A DNA stretch of 64,000 nt, taken from positions 5,184 to 69,183 of the forward strand of contig JABDAR010000004.1 of the NCBI GenBank assembly GCA_013289085.1, given 5' to 3'. The notes below the pieces were generated by a model. It searched no databases. It was not told the origin of the DNA and saw nothing but the letters and a program-made list of their open reading frames with translations. The stretch is from Gammaproteobacteria bacterium. GTDB taxonomy: Bacteria > Pseudomonadota > Gammaproteobacteria > JABCZS01. Of the stretch, positions 8,064-16,365 are shown one piece after another (positions within the stretch are counted from its first letter, which is position 1; the number at the start of each line of letters is the position of its first letter). The position numbers and the translations under genes are program-made.

Positions 8064-10350
8064 TGTGATTCATGATTACCAAGCATTCCTAAGCGAACTA
8101 GGTAATGCCGATTTAATTCTCACACCTACGCGGCGTCTTGCCAGCCGTCTTAATCAAGATTATGCAAAACTACAAGCCAAGCAAAATAATAGTGTCTGGA
8201 AAATTGATATTATTTCACTTAATGGTTGGCTAGAAAGACTTTGGCAGGAACGGCAAGATGATGTAGATCAAACTTATATGACACGTTTAAATGCTTGGCA
8301 AAATTTATTGATATGGCAATCATTCACCGATAATAATGAACAGCTGGCCCGCCTGGCTATACAAGCGTGGAGCAGTTTGAAAGAGTGGAATATTGATTGG
8401 CAATCGATTGATACCCATAGTGTATCATCAGATATTCAGGTTTTTTTAACTTGGTGTCAACACTACCAAGCACGCTGCGATAAAGAAAATTTATGTGATT
8501 CGGCAAGCATGCTCGCGCTGCTTAAGCCCAATGCAAATAACATAAATAAAATATATTTAATTGGTTTTACAGATATAAAACCTGCAGTTTTAAAGTTATT
8601 GGAAAGTGTAAACACCTCTATTGAAATATTAGAATATCGAGTGCCTGATGCGATTATAAATCATACGCCGCAAGTTGATGCAAATTCTGAATTAGTACAA
8701 GCAGCCCTGTGGGCTAAAGCATTACTCAAGCAAGAGTTAAGCGCACCTATAGGCATCATTATTCCAGATTTAGCCAAACGGTTTAATGAAGTTGAAAATA
8801 TATTTTCAAGAATTTTGATGCCTGAAACATTATTAGCTAATCACTATCATGATCAAAAACCCTATAATATTTCATCAGGTAATAAATTATCAGATTTTCA
8901 TATTATTGCCACAGCATTTAATTTATTACGGAACCTGTCATTGCAAGCGGAGCGAAGCAACCCAGGTGATTGGTCTGAAACCATAAAAAATCATTTACAT
9001 TCTTCTGGCTGGCCAGGTGAGCGTGTATTGAATAGTTTAGAGTATCAAGTCGTCAAACGTTTTTATGAATTGTTAACTGATTATGCCACCCTAGATAGGG
9101 TACAAGAAAAAATATCATATATAACTGCAGTCAACCAAATTTATCAACAGGCCAGCACGGTTATATTTCAAGGTGAAAGTGAGCATGCGCCTTTACAAAT
9201 TCTGGGCGCCTTAGAAGGCGAGGGATTGTATTTTCACGCATTATGGGTAATGGGCTTGCATCATGAAAACTGGCCGCCACCCTCAGCGCCACATCCGTTT
9301 TTGCCGATTGATTTACAGCGTCAACATCACATGCCACATGCGAGTCAAGAGCGTGAATATATTTTCGCAAGCCATTTAACCGAGCGCTTTACCGAGCAGG
9401 CACATCATGTGATTTTAAGTTACCCACAAATTATCGAGGATAAAACATTATTACCCAGTCACTTAATACGTGATTATCCCATTTTAAATCAAAAAATTCA
9501 TGATGAATTAGCGGTATTCGATCCAAACTTAAACCTTGAAACATGGCAAGATGTAAATGTACCCTTTAAAAAAGATAAAGTATCAGGTGGTGTCGGTTTG
9601 TTGCAGTCGCAAAGTGTTTGTCCATTTCAAGCATTTGCACGTTATCGTTTGAAAGTAGCGATTGAAGAACCCGCACAAACCGGGCTCACATTTGCAGAGC
9701 GCGGAGAACTGACGCACGCAGCTTTAGAGTTTTTTTGGAAAAACATTGAGACATCAAGTGCTATGCATGCGCTCAATAATGATGAGTTAAATGAGATGAT
9801 TAAAACATCCGTTGATCATGCGTTAAAGCAGTTTACGCCCAGCAAACATTTAGATTTAGAAAAAATCAGATTACATAAATTATTAAATGAATGGTTACAG
9901 CTCGAAAAAACCAGACCCGAATTTAAAGTAATTCATACTGAAAAAAGTATTGATATTAAGTTATCAAATCTCAAATTACGTACACGCATAGACAGGATAG
10001 ATCAGCTACCTTCTGGAGAAGTTATTTTAATTGACTATAAAACGGGGCAGATTTATCAAAATGATTGGTTAGAGGCACGTCCACGACAAGTGCAATTACC
10101 GCTCTACGCCATTAGTTTTCCAATCGCAAGCAGCGTTGCGATTGCAAAAGTAAAAGCCAATGATCTGCAATTTCAACATCACACAGAATTTGATTTATCC
10201 TGGGATGAGATGAAAGTGCATTGGCAAAATGTTTTAAGCGAGCTTGCCGATGAATTTTTTGAAGGCGAAGCTATCGTTGCGCCCCTAGATGGCGAGCATA
10301 CTTGTCAATATTGTGGCTTAGCATTATTATGCCGAATTAGGAGCGCATAA
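8035..10350 (+). CDS. addB: AddB-like PD-(D/E)XK nuclease subunit of a helicase-nuclease complex
   Basis: C-terminal nuclease block IDRIDQL...VILIDYKTG is bracketed by four Cys (CPFQAF ... CQYCGLALLC), as in AddB Fe-S nuclease domains. The stop overlaps the addA ATG. GTG 8035 overlaps dnaQ by 29 nt, and the in-frame GTG at 8065 is an alternative start. Confidence 0.75.
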   Translation: MGNVCGYKTNVIHDYQAFLSELGNADLILTPTRRLASRLNQDYAKLQAKQNNSVWKIDIISLNGWLERLWQERQDDVDQTYMTRLNAWQNLLIWQSFTDNNEQLARLAIQAWSSLKEWNIDWQSIDTHSVSSDIQVFLTWCQHYQARCDKENLCDSASMLALLKPNANNINKIYLIGFTDIKPAVLKLLESVNTSIEILEYRVPDAIINHTPQVDANSELVQAALWAKALLKQELSAPIGIIIPDLAKRFNEVENIFSRILMPETLLANHYHDQKPYNISSGNKLSDFHIIATAFNLLRNLSLQAERSNPGDWSETIKNHLHSSGWPGERVLNSLEYQVVKRFYELLTDYATLDRVQEKISYITAVNQIYQQASTVIFQGESEHAPLQILGALEGEGLYFHALWVMGLHHENWPPPSAPHPFLPIDLQRQHHMPHASQEREYIFASHLTERFTEQAHHVILSYPQIIEDKTLLPSHLIRDYPILNQKIHDELAVFDPNLNLETWQDVNVPFKKDKVSGGVGLLQSQSVCPFQAFARYRLKVAIEEPAQTGLTFAERGELTHAALEFFWKNIETSSAMHALNNDELNEMIKTSVDHALKQFTPSKHLDLEKIRLHKLLNEWLQLEKTRPEFKVIHTEKSIDIKLSNLKLRTRIDRIDQLPSGEVILIDYKTGQIYQNDWLEARPRQVQLPLYAISFPIASSVAIAKVKANDLQFQHHTEFDLSWDEMKVHWQNVLSELADEFFEGEAIVAPLDGEHTCQYCGLALLCRIRSA
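8937..8969. repeat. Family C mini-repeat, copy 1, in frame inside addB
   Basis: gtcattgcaagcggagcgaagcaacccaggtga matches 12848-12880 inside the unrelated addA gene at 32 of 33 nt. It encodes SLQAERSNPGD. Confidence 0.8.
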
Positions 10351-13300
10351 TGGATGCAATGATTAGACAACAAGCGCTGAATCCCACACAATCTTTTATT
10401 GTAGAAGCCCCTGCAGGATCAGGCAAAACTGAATTATTAGTACAAAGATTTTTAAGTTTACTATCAAGTGGCGCACGTTTTCCAGAAGAAATATTAGCCA
10501 TTACCTTTACGAGAAAGGCTGCACATGAAATGCGGGGTCGTATTATCACGGCTTTAGAAAAAGCCAAATTAAATGATATTACGACCATGCAATCAACAAC
10601 CGTTGAATTGGCAAAAAAAGTTTTAGTGCGTGATGCAAAAGAAAATTGGCAATTATTGGCTAATCCTAATCGTATGCGCATTCAAACTATCGATGCGCTT
10701 TGTATGTATTTAACTCAGCAAATGCCGATTATTTCTGGTCTCGGTGGACAAGCCCATATGGCGACTCATCCAGATGAACTTTATAAAAAAGCAGTACAAG
10801 CATTACTTGCAATGCTCGATGAAGAAAGTCCTATTCAAGATGCACTCATTACTGTTTTTAATCATTTTGATAATCAATACAGCACCATAGAAGCTGAATT
10901 AATGAAAATGCTCAAAAATCGTGATCAATGGCTGCCCTATGTTGTCGGCATTCATAATCACGATCAACTGAAAGCTCAATTTGAAACTCATTTGCAGCGC
11001 ATACAAAGTGAAGCTTCAAAAAATGTTAATGCGCTTTTTCCTATAGAAATTCTAAAAGAACTAGTGCCCCTTGCTGAGTATGCAGATAAAGAGTTAACTA
11101 CATTGTTGCTAACACAAGAAGGTACTTACCGTAAACAAGTAGATAAACGCTTAGGTTTTCCTGCGGATGCAAAAAATGATAATAAAAAAATAATGCTAGA
11201 GATTTTAGAGAAATTACAAGATTATGAAGATTTAAGAATTGCACTCATTAATTTACGTGAAGCACCACCTGCGCAATATACACAAGAGAGCTGGGAATTT
11301 TTACAAGCATTAATTACCTTATTGCCCCTATTGGCAGCACAATTATGGCTGATATTCCAGCAGCATAAACAAATCGATTTTATAGAAGTATCTACAAGAG
11401 CCTTGCAAGCATTGGGAGATGAAGAGTGTCCTACGGATCTGGCTTTGGTGCTCGACTATCAATTGCAACATATTTTAGTGGATGAATTTCAAGATACTTC
11501 CATCACACAGTTTAGATTATTGGAAAAATTAACTTATCAGTGGCAGCAGGGTGATGGACATACTTTGTTTCTTGTTGGCGATCCAATGCAATCGATTTAT
11601 CGCTTTCGACAAGCGAATGTGGGTTTATTTTTAAAAGCAAAATTTAATGGCATAGGTAATATTCACTTAACTCCATTACAGTTATGTCAAAACTTTAGAT
11701 CTCATCCTGTATTAATTGATTGGCTGAATCAAACAATGCCTAACATAATGCCGCAATCACCCAATATAAGCCTAGGTGCTGTGCCATTTACATCATGTCA
11801 AGCTACAAAACAACAGGATGACAAGGGATCTTTAACATGTTTACTGGCTGATGATGCGATGATTGAGGCCGCAATAGTTGTAGATGAAATAAAAGCTTTA
11901 ATACGTAAGCATCCTGATTGGCAGATTGCAATATTAGTACGGGCACGTAGCCATTTAGCGCATATTTTACCGCTATTGAAATCAGAAAATATTCCCTATC
12001 ATGCACTTGAGATTGAACCGCTCGCAACACAAGCGGTTATTCAAGATTTGCTGGCTTTAACTTTTGCATTATTAGATGATAACAATAAACTTGCATGGCT
12101 TGCCTTATTACGCTCGCCCATGTGTGGCTTAGCATTAGCTGAAATAGAAATTTTGGCTACCTTTGATGAACAACAAAATATTTGGCATTTAATGAATGAG
12201 CCTTTGGTTTTAGAATTATTAACAAGCAAAGGACGTGCACGTATTGAAAGATTAACGCGTGCACTGCAACCGACTATGAATGAACGTGGCCGCATGCCAC
12301 TTGCGCGCTTTGTTGAAAGCGCATGGGTAGCGCTCGGCGCGCAATTTTACACTTTAAAAAAGGATAGAAAAAACATTGATGCATTTTATCAATTATTAAC
12401 TGATTTAGAATCTGAATATCAGTATATTGATATGCACGTCATTCATGAGAAAATTTCCAAGCTTTATACGGATGAACTGCAATCGTCTGATAATCCTATT
12501 CAAGTAATGACTATCCATAAAGCTAAAGGTTTAGAATTTGATGCCGTGTTTTTACCCGGACTTTCACGAAGATCCGCATCTAATTCACCGCCTTTATTAC
12601 GTTATATTGAACAGACATTAGATGAAGGTACTTATTGGTTACTTGCACCTGTGCATGCAAAAACTGCTGAGCATGATCCTATTTATCAATATTTGGGTCG
12701 TTTAGAAAAACATCAAGATGCATATGAAACGCAACGTTTATTATATGTTGCCTTAACACGTGCTAAATACCAATTACATTTATTTGCAGTGCAAGATCCT
12801 GAAAAGCCGAGTATATCCTCGCAAAGTTTATATGGTTTACTTGCCCCGTCATTGCGAGCGGAGCGAAGCAACCCAGGTGAATTGCCAAGCTACACTCGCA
12901 ATGAAGTGCAAAATAAGCGAATCCCACTTAATTGGCAAATGCCCAATCCATGGCATGATTGGCTGTTCAATCAGCCTGAAATTACCCTTACAGAAAATGA
13001 AGTAGATACCACTTTATTTACGCCAGAAAATATCATGCGAAAACATGTGGGCACTTTATTGCATCGAATATTAAAATATATGGCTGAAACGGGTAATCAT
13101 AAACTGGATTTGAAACGTGCCAAAATTCAATTATTAGAACTAGGCGTTAGCATCGCTCAAATTGAACCTGCAATTAAAATTTTATCACAAGCAGTAGATG
13201 GGATTATAAGCGATTCACGAGGCCAATGGATATTGCAACCTCATCAAGATGCATTATGTGAACATGTGCTACATACGCATTTTAAAAATAAATATACGCG

Positions 13301-13490
13301 TATAGTCATAGATAGAACGTTTATTTTTGAAGGCGAACGTTGGATTATTGATTATAAATCAGGCCAAGAAAGTGATGATCACACTGCCCAATTACAAGCC
13401 TATGCACATGTGATGCAAAAAATGGACCCTCGTCCAATCAGATTAGCCTTATATTTTCCATTAACCCGTAATTGGAAGGAGTTAGTATGA
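10350..13490 (+). CDS. addA: AddA-like UvrD/Rep-family helicase with C-terminal RecB-type nuclease
   Basis: Walker A VEAPAGSGKTELL. UvrD motifs LAITFTRKAA, ILVDEFQDTS, LFLVGDPMQSIYRFRQA, QNFRS, VMTIHKAKGLEFD, RLLYVALTRAK. C-terminal IIDYKSG nuclease motif. Confidence 0.82.
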   Translation: MDAMIRQQALNPTQSFIVEAPAGSGKTELLVQRFLSLLSSGARFPEEILAITFTRKAAHEMRGRIITALEKAKLNDITTMQSTTVELAKKVLVRDAKENWQLLANPNRMRIQTIDALCMYLTQQMPIISGLGGQAHMATHPDELYKKAVQALLAMLDEESPIQDALITVFNHFDNQYSTIEAELMKMLKNRDQWLPYVVGIHNHDQLKAQFETHLQRIQSEASKNVNALFPIEILKELVPLAEYADKELTTLLLTQEGTYRKQVDKRLGFPADAKNDNKKIMLEILEKLQDYEDLRIALINLREAPPAQYTQESWEFLQALITLLPLLAAQLWLIFQQHKQIDFIEVSTRALQALGDEECPTDLALVLDYQLQHILVDEFQDTSITQFRLLEKLTYQWQQGDGHTLFLVGDPMQSIYRFRQANVGLFLKAKFNGIGNIHLTPLQLCQNFRSHPVLIDWLNQTMPNIMPQSPNISLGAVPFTSCQATKQQDDKGSLTCLLADDAMIEAAIVVDEIKALIRKHPDWQIAILVRARSHLAHILPLLKSENIPYHALEIEPLATQAVIQDLLALTFALLDDNNKLAWLALLRSPMCGLALAEIEILATFDEQQNIWHLMNEPLVLELLTSKGRARIERLTRALQPTMNERGRMPLARFVESAWVALGAQFYTLKKDRKNIDAFYQLLTDLESEYQYIDMHVIHEKISKLYTDELQSSDNPIQVMTIHKAKGLEFDAVFLPGLSRRSASNSPPLLRYIEQTLDEGTYWLLAPVHAKTAEHDPIYQYLGRLEKHQDAYETQRLLYVALTRAKYQLHLFAVQDPEKPSISSQSLYGLLAPSLRAERSNPGELPSYTRNEVQNKRIPLNWQMPNPWHDWLFNQPEITLTENEVDTTLFTPENIMRKHVGTLLHRILKYMAETGNHKLDLKRAKIQLLELGVSIAQIEPAIKILSQAVDGIISDSRGQWILQPHQDALCEHVLHTHFKNKYTRIVIDRTFIFEGERWIIDYKSGQESDDHTAQLQAYAHVMQKMDPRPIRLALYFPLTRNWKELV
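12848..12904. repeat. Family C mini-repeat, copy 2 (apparently complete palindromic unit), in frame inside addA
   Basis: The core gtcattgcgagcggagcgaagcaacccaggtga (12848-12880) is followed at 12895-12904 by ctcgcaatga, the exact reverse complement of tcattgcgag at 12849-12858. It encodes SLRAERSNPGELPSYTRNE. Confidence 0.8.
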
Positions 13491-14395
13491 AACACTTAAA
13501 TCATGCGTTAGTCGTTGCGATTTCATCACGGGCATTATTTAATCTCGAAGAATCTCATCATATTTATGAAGCACAAGGTGTTGAGGCTTATCAGGACTAT
13601 CAAATTAAACATGAGAATGATCCTTTAAAACCAGGCTCAGCTTTCCATTTAGTGCATAAATTATTACACTTGAATGAGGGGCAAAAAGATCCATTAGTTG
13701 AAGTGATTTTATTATCACGTAATAGTGCAGATACAGGGTTGCGGGTTTTTAATTCAATTAAACATTATGATTTAAATATCACGCGTGCAGTATTCACAAG
13801 TGGCCAGACGCCATATCCTTATGTGTCAGCATTTGGCGCGCATTTGTTTTTATCTGCAGATCCGCGTGATGTTATCCAAGCTTTGGAGGCAGGCTTTGCC
13901 GCTGCCACTATTCTTTCATCCGTAAGTAATGCTAATCAATCTGAACAATTGCGCATTGCATTTGATGGTGATGCTGTATTATTTTCAGATGAATCTGAGC
14001 GTATTTATCAAGAGCAAAATTTAGAAGCATTTAATGACAATGAATCTAAAAGTGCAGATAAACCCTTATCCGGTGGACCTTTTAAACCAGTGCTTGCTGC
14101 ATTAGCGCATATACAAAGCTTATTTCCTGCTGAAAGTTCACCTATTCGTACCGCGCTTGTAACAGCGCGCAGTGCACCTGCACATGAGCGTGTGATTCGC
14201 ACACTACGTGCTTGGAATATTCGTTTAGATGAAGCTTTATTTTTAGGCGGTTTAAGTAAAGGTGAATTTTTACGCGCATTTGCGGCGGATGTTTTTTTTG
14301 ATGATCATCCAGCACATATAGAGGCCGCGCAACAACATGTTACTGCAGGACATGTTCCGCACGGTATTAATAACACAAAAAAAAACACCCCGTAA
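13487..14395 (+). CDS. 5'-nucleotidase (NT5C1-type, HAD-like family)
   Basis: ATG 13487 overlaps the addA stop (ATGA), with RBS ggaagga. Motif series VVAISSRALFNLEE, VEVILLSRNSADTGLRVFNSIKHY, RIAFDGDAVLFSDESE, IRTALVTARSAPAHERVIRTLRAW and FFDD, as recalled for this family. The TTG at 13472 in the ORF track is less likely. Confidence 0.75.
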   Translation: MKHLNHALVVAISSRALFNLEESHHIYEAQGVEAYQDYQIKHENDPLKPGSAFHLVHKLLHLNEGQKDPLVEVILLSRNSADTGLRVFNSIKHYDLNITRAVFTSGQTPYPYVSAFGAHLFLSADPRDVIQALEAGFAAATILSSVSNANQSEQLRIAFDGDAVLFSDESERIYQEQNLEAFNDNESKSADKPLSGGPFKPVLAALAHIQSLFPAESSPIRTALVTARSAPAHERVIRTLRAWNIRLDEALFLGGLSKGEFLRAFAADVFFDDHPAHIEAAQQHVTAGHVPHGINNTKKNTP

Positions 14396-14467
14396 ACGAG
14401 GTGTAAATCCAATTGTAGTTGGAGATTGACATTAACGATCTTAATGTCTTGCTCATAAAAATAAAAC

Positions 14468-14501
14468 AGCAGATCTCGCTTTATAATGTAAGAGATCTGC
14501 T
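14468..14501. terminator. 10-bp perfect hairpin between the convergent 5'-nucleotidase gene and rpsT (possible terminator)
   Basis: agcagatctc (14468-14477) pairs with gagatctgct (14492-14501) around a 14-nt loop. There is no strong T-run. Confidence 0.4.
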
Positions 14502-14533
14502 ATAAGAATTGTTTAATATTAGAGCTGATGTTT

Positions 14534-14578
14534 ATTCGCCCCCTTTACGAAAGGGGGCCGCGCTTCACGGGAGGATTT
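14534..14578. repeat. Family A repeat arm (attcgccccctttacgaaagggggccgcgcttcacgggaggattt)
   Basis: Collinear with the right arm of the 60275-60444 element (ccccctttatgaaagggggtcggcgtcttcgccggggggattt). It sits just downstream of rpsT. Confidence 0.7.
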
Positions 14579-14594
14579 GACGATCTTAGAATTA

Positions 14595-14876
14595 TTAATC
14601 CGCTTGTTGTTGCGTACCGATCGCTTTAATCCGTGCATTTAAACGGCTTTTATAACGAGCAGCTGCATTTTTATGAATTAAACCTTTAGTGGCTAAACGA
14701 TCAATAATAGGCTGAGCAACGCGAAATGCCGCATTGGCTGCCGCTTGATCCATGCTTGCAATGGCTTTACGAACCTTCTTAATTAAGGTACGCAACATAG
14801 ATTTACGACTGGCATTATGCAAACGAGTTTTCTCACTCTGTATCGCACGTTTCTTCGCTTGAGCTGAATTGGCCAC
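14595..14876 (-). CDS. rpsT: 30S ribosomal protein S20
   Basis: [30 protein letters not shown]... Basic, about 90 aa, typical S20 N-terminus. Confidence 0.95.
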   Translation of the reverse strand: MANSAQAKKRAIQSEKTRLHNASRKSMLRTLIKKVRKAIASMDQAAANAAFRVAQPIIDRLATKGLIHKNAAARYKSRLNARIKAIGTQQQAD

Positions 14877-14951
14877 ATTGACTCCTTGGATTAAAGACTA
14901 AAAGAGCCTATTGTGTTGATTATTGACTGATTTGTCAAGTATTTGGTTTAG

Positions 14952-15449
14952 TTAGAAGCCCTTAAATAGTGCTAGCAGCGCAGCGAAATCAATATTTAAA
15001 CTTAGAATGGCTAAGATAGTCCACAGGGTGTTTTTTAAGGTGAAAGCGCGCATCTCGCTTACAGCGGTAGTAATTTTAGCTTCAAGTCGTTGTTCAACGC
15101 CATCGATTTTAGCTTCAAGTCGTTGCTCAACACCATCGATTTTAGCTTCAAGTCTTTGTTCAACGCCATCGATTTTAGCTTCAAGTCGTTGCTCAACACT
15201 ATTGATTTTAGCTACAAGTTTATGTTGAACTTCTGAAATTTCAGCGCGAAGCTTATGTTCAGTTTCAATTAAATCTGCACGTAGTGCATATTCTGAGTAT
15301 CTTAAATCCTCTTGAGTCACCATGCGAGCTAAAGTCGATTGTAAAACATATATTTCTGCGCTCATAAGACCTTGGACCTGTGTATCAGAAAAATGATGTT
15401 CTGATAATAGCTTCATATACTTAAATGTATCAAAATATGGTTGTATCAT
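14952..15449 (-). CDS. DUF1640-like coiled-coil protein with C-terminal transmembrane helix and an 11-aa tandem repeat
   Basis: MIQPYFDTFKYMKLLSEHHFSDTQVQGL resembles the DUF1640 N-terminus. Four copies of VEQRLEAKIDG. C-terminal TM LWTILAILSLNIDFAALLALF. ATG 15449 has RBS aggaag 5 nt upstream, so it is preferred over 15464. Confidence 0.65.
   Translation of the reverse strand: MIQPYFDTFKYMKLLSEHHFSDTQVQGLMSAEIYVLQSTLARMVTQEDLRYSEYALRADLIETEHKLRAEISEVQHKLVAKINSVEQRLEAKIDGVEQRLEAKIDGVEQRLEAKIDGVEQRLEAKITTAVSEMRAFTLKNTLWTILAILSLNIDFAALLALFKGF
15074..15212. repeat. 33-bp tandem repeat, 4 near-identical units plus a degenerate fifth, inside the coiled-coil CDS
   Basis: The marker ttttagc starts at 15074, 15107, 15140, 15173 and 15206, an exact 33-nt period. 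Units differ by 1-3 nt. Confidence 0.9.
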
Positions 15450-15588
15450 AGTTGCTTCCTGCATATTATAGTGTATTTATTCATTCTTGTTTATTCACAG
15501 TATATTAATCTATGGACATTTCCCAAGTCAAATGTTTCTGGGTTATTACTTCATGATACAATATGCCTTTTTTGAATAAAGGTGGCTT

Positions 15589-16365
15589 GTGGGCAATCTC
15601 TTTGTTTTTGATATAGAAACGATACCAGATACGCAAACGGGTCGGCGTTTATATCAATTGGATAATTGCAATGATGATGAAGTGGCGCAGACCATGTTCG
15701 CTAAAGTTCGGGCCCAATCTGGGCGGGATTTTTTGCCTTTACATTTGCAGAAGATAGTTGCTATTTCGGTGGTGTTAGCAACAGATAAGCGCGTTAAGGT
15801 TTGGTCTTTAGGTGAAATTGAGGCTGATGAAAAAGAAATTATCAGCCGATTTTTTACGGGGCTTGAACAATATACGCCTACTCTGATTTCTTGGAATGGC
15901 AGTGGTTTTGATTTGCCAGTGTTACACTATCGATCTTTATTGCACGGCGTAGCCGCCCCAAAATATTGGGAAATAGGCGACTTTGATACCCAGTTTAAGT
16001 GGAATAACTATTTAAATCGTTATCATTACCGCCACTTAGATTTAATGGATGTCTTAGCAGGATACCAAGCCAGAGCGAATGCACCATTGACTGAAATAGC
16101 CGTGATGTTAGGCTTTCCTGGCAAAATGGGTATGTCTGGAGAAGATGTTTGGCCTGCTTATCAAGCAGGTGAGCTTGAAAAAATTCGTAATTACTGTGAA
16201 ACCGATGTCATTAATACCTATTTAGTCTATTTGCAATTTGAACTGATGCGTGGACGTTTGACCCTTGATGGTCATGCAAATGCACAAGCTTTATTGCGGG
16301 AGAATTTAATGAGTGAACAAAAATCGCATTTTAATGAATTTCTTATCGCATGGGATAAAGTTTAA
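15589..16365 (+). CDS. Predicted 3'-5' exonuclease related to the family-B DNA polymerase exonuclease domain (RNase H-like fold)
   Basis: GTG start after aaggtgg. VFDIETIPD, FLPLHLQKIVAISVV, LISWNGSGFDLPVLHYRSL, FKWNNYLNRYHYRHLDLMDVL, IRNYCETDVINTYLVYLQFELMRG. Confidence 0.75.
   Translation: MGNLFVFDIETIPDTQTGRRLYQLDNCNDDEVAQTMFAKVRAQSGRDFLPLHLQKIVAISVVLATDKRVKVWSLGEIEADEKEIISRFFTGLEQYTPTLISWNGSGFDLPVLHYRSLLHGVAAPKYWEIGDFDTQFKWNNYLNRYHYRHLDLMDVLAGYQARANAPLTEIAVMLGFPGKMGMSGEDVWPAYQAGELEKIRNYCETDVINTYLVYLQFELMRGRLTLDGHANAQALLRENLMSEQKSHFNEFLIAWDKV

Noticed and set aside
10337-10681. 114-aa minus-strand ORF at the addB/addA junction
   Set aside because: It is antisense to the addA Walker A region. 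It has no independent support.
12760-13005. 81-aa + strand ORF in an alternative frame of addA containing HCERSEATQ
   Set aside because: It lies entirely within the well-supported addA frame, and its only distinctive peptide comes from the family C repeat. This is a repeat-derived spurious ORF.
14396-14594. The 200-nt gap between the nucleotidase gene and rpsT was examined for a tRNA or small RNA
   Set aside because: No cloverleaf-compatible arms or conserved T-loop (GTTCRANYC) are present. The content is explained by two hairpins and a family A repeat arm. An sRNA cannot be excluded without expression data.
15007-15228. 73-aa + strand ORF with the repeated motif ILASSRCSTPS; also considered as a CRISPR-like array
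   Set aside because: It is antisense to the DUF1640-like CDS. The periodicity is a contiguous 33-bp coding tandem repeat with no unique spacers, so it is not a CRISPR array.
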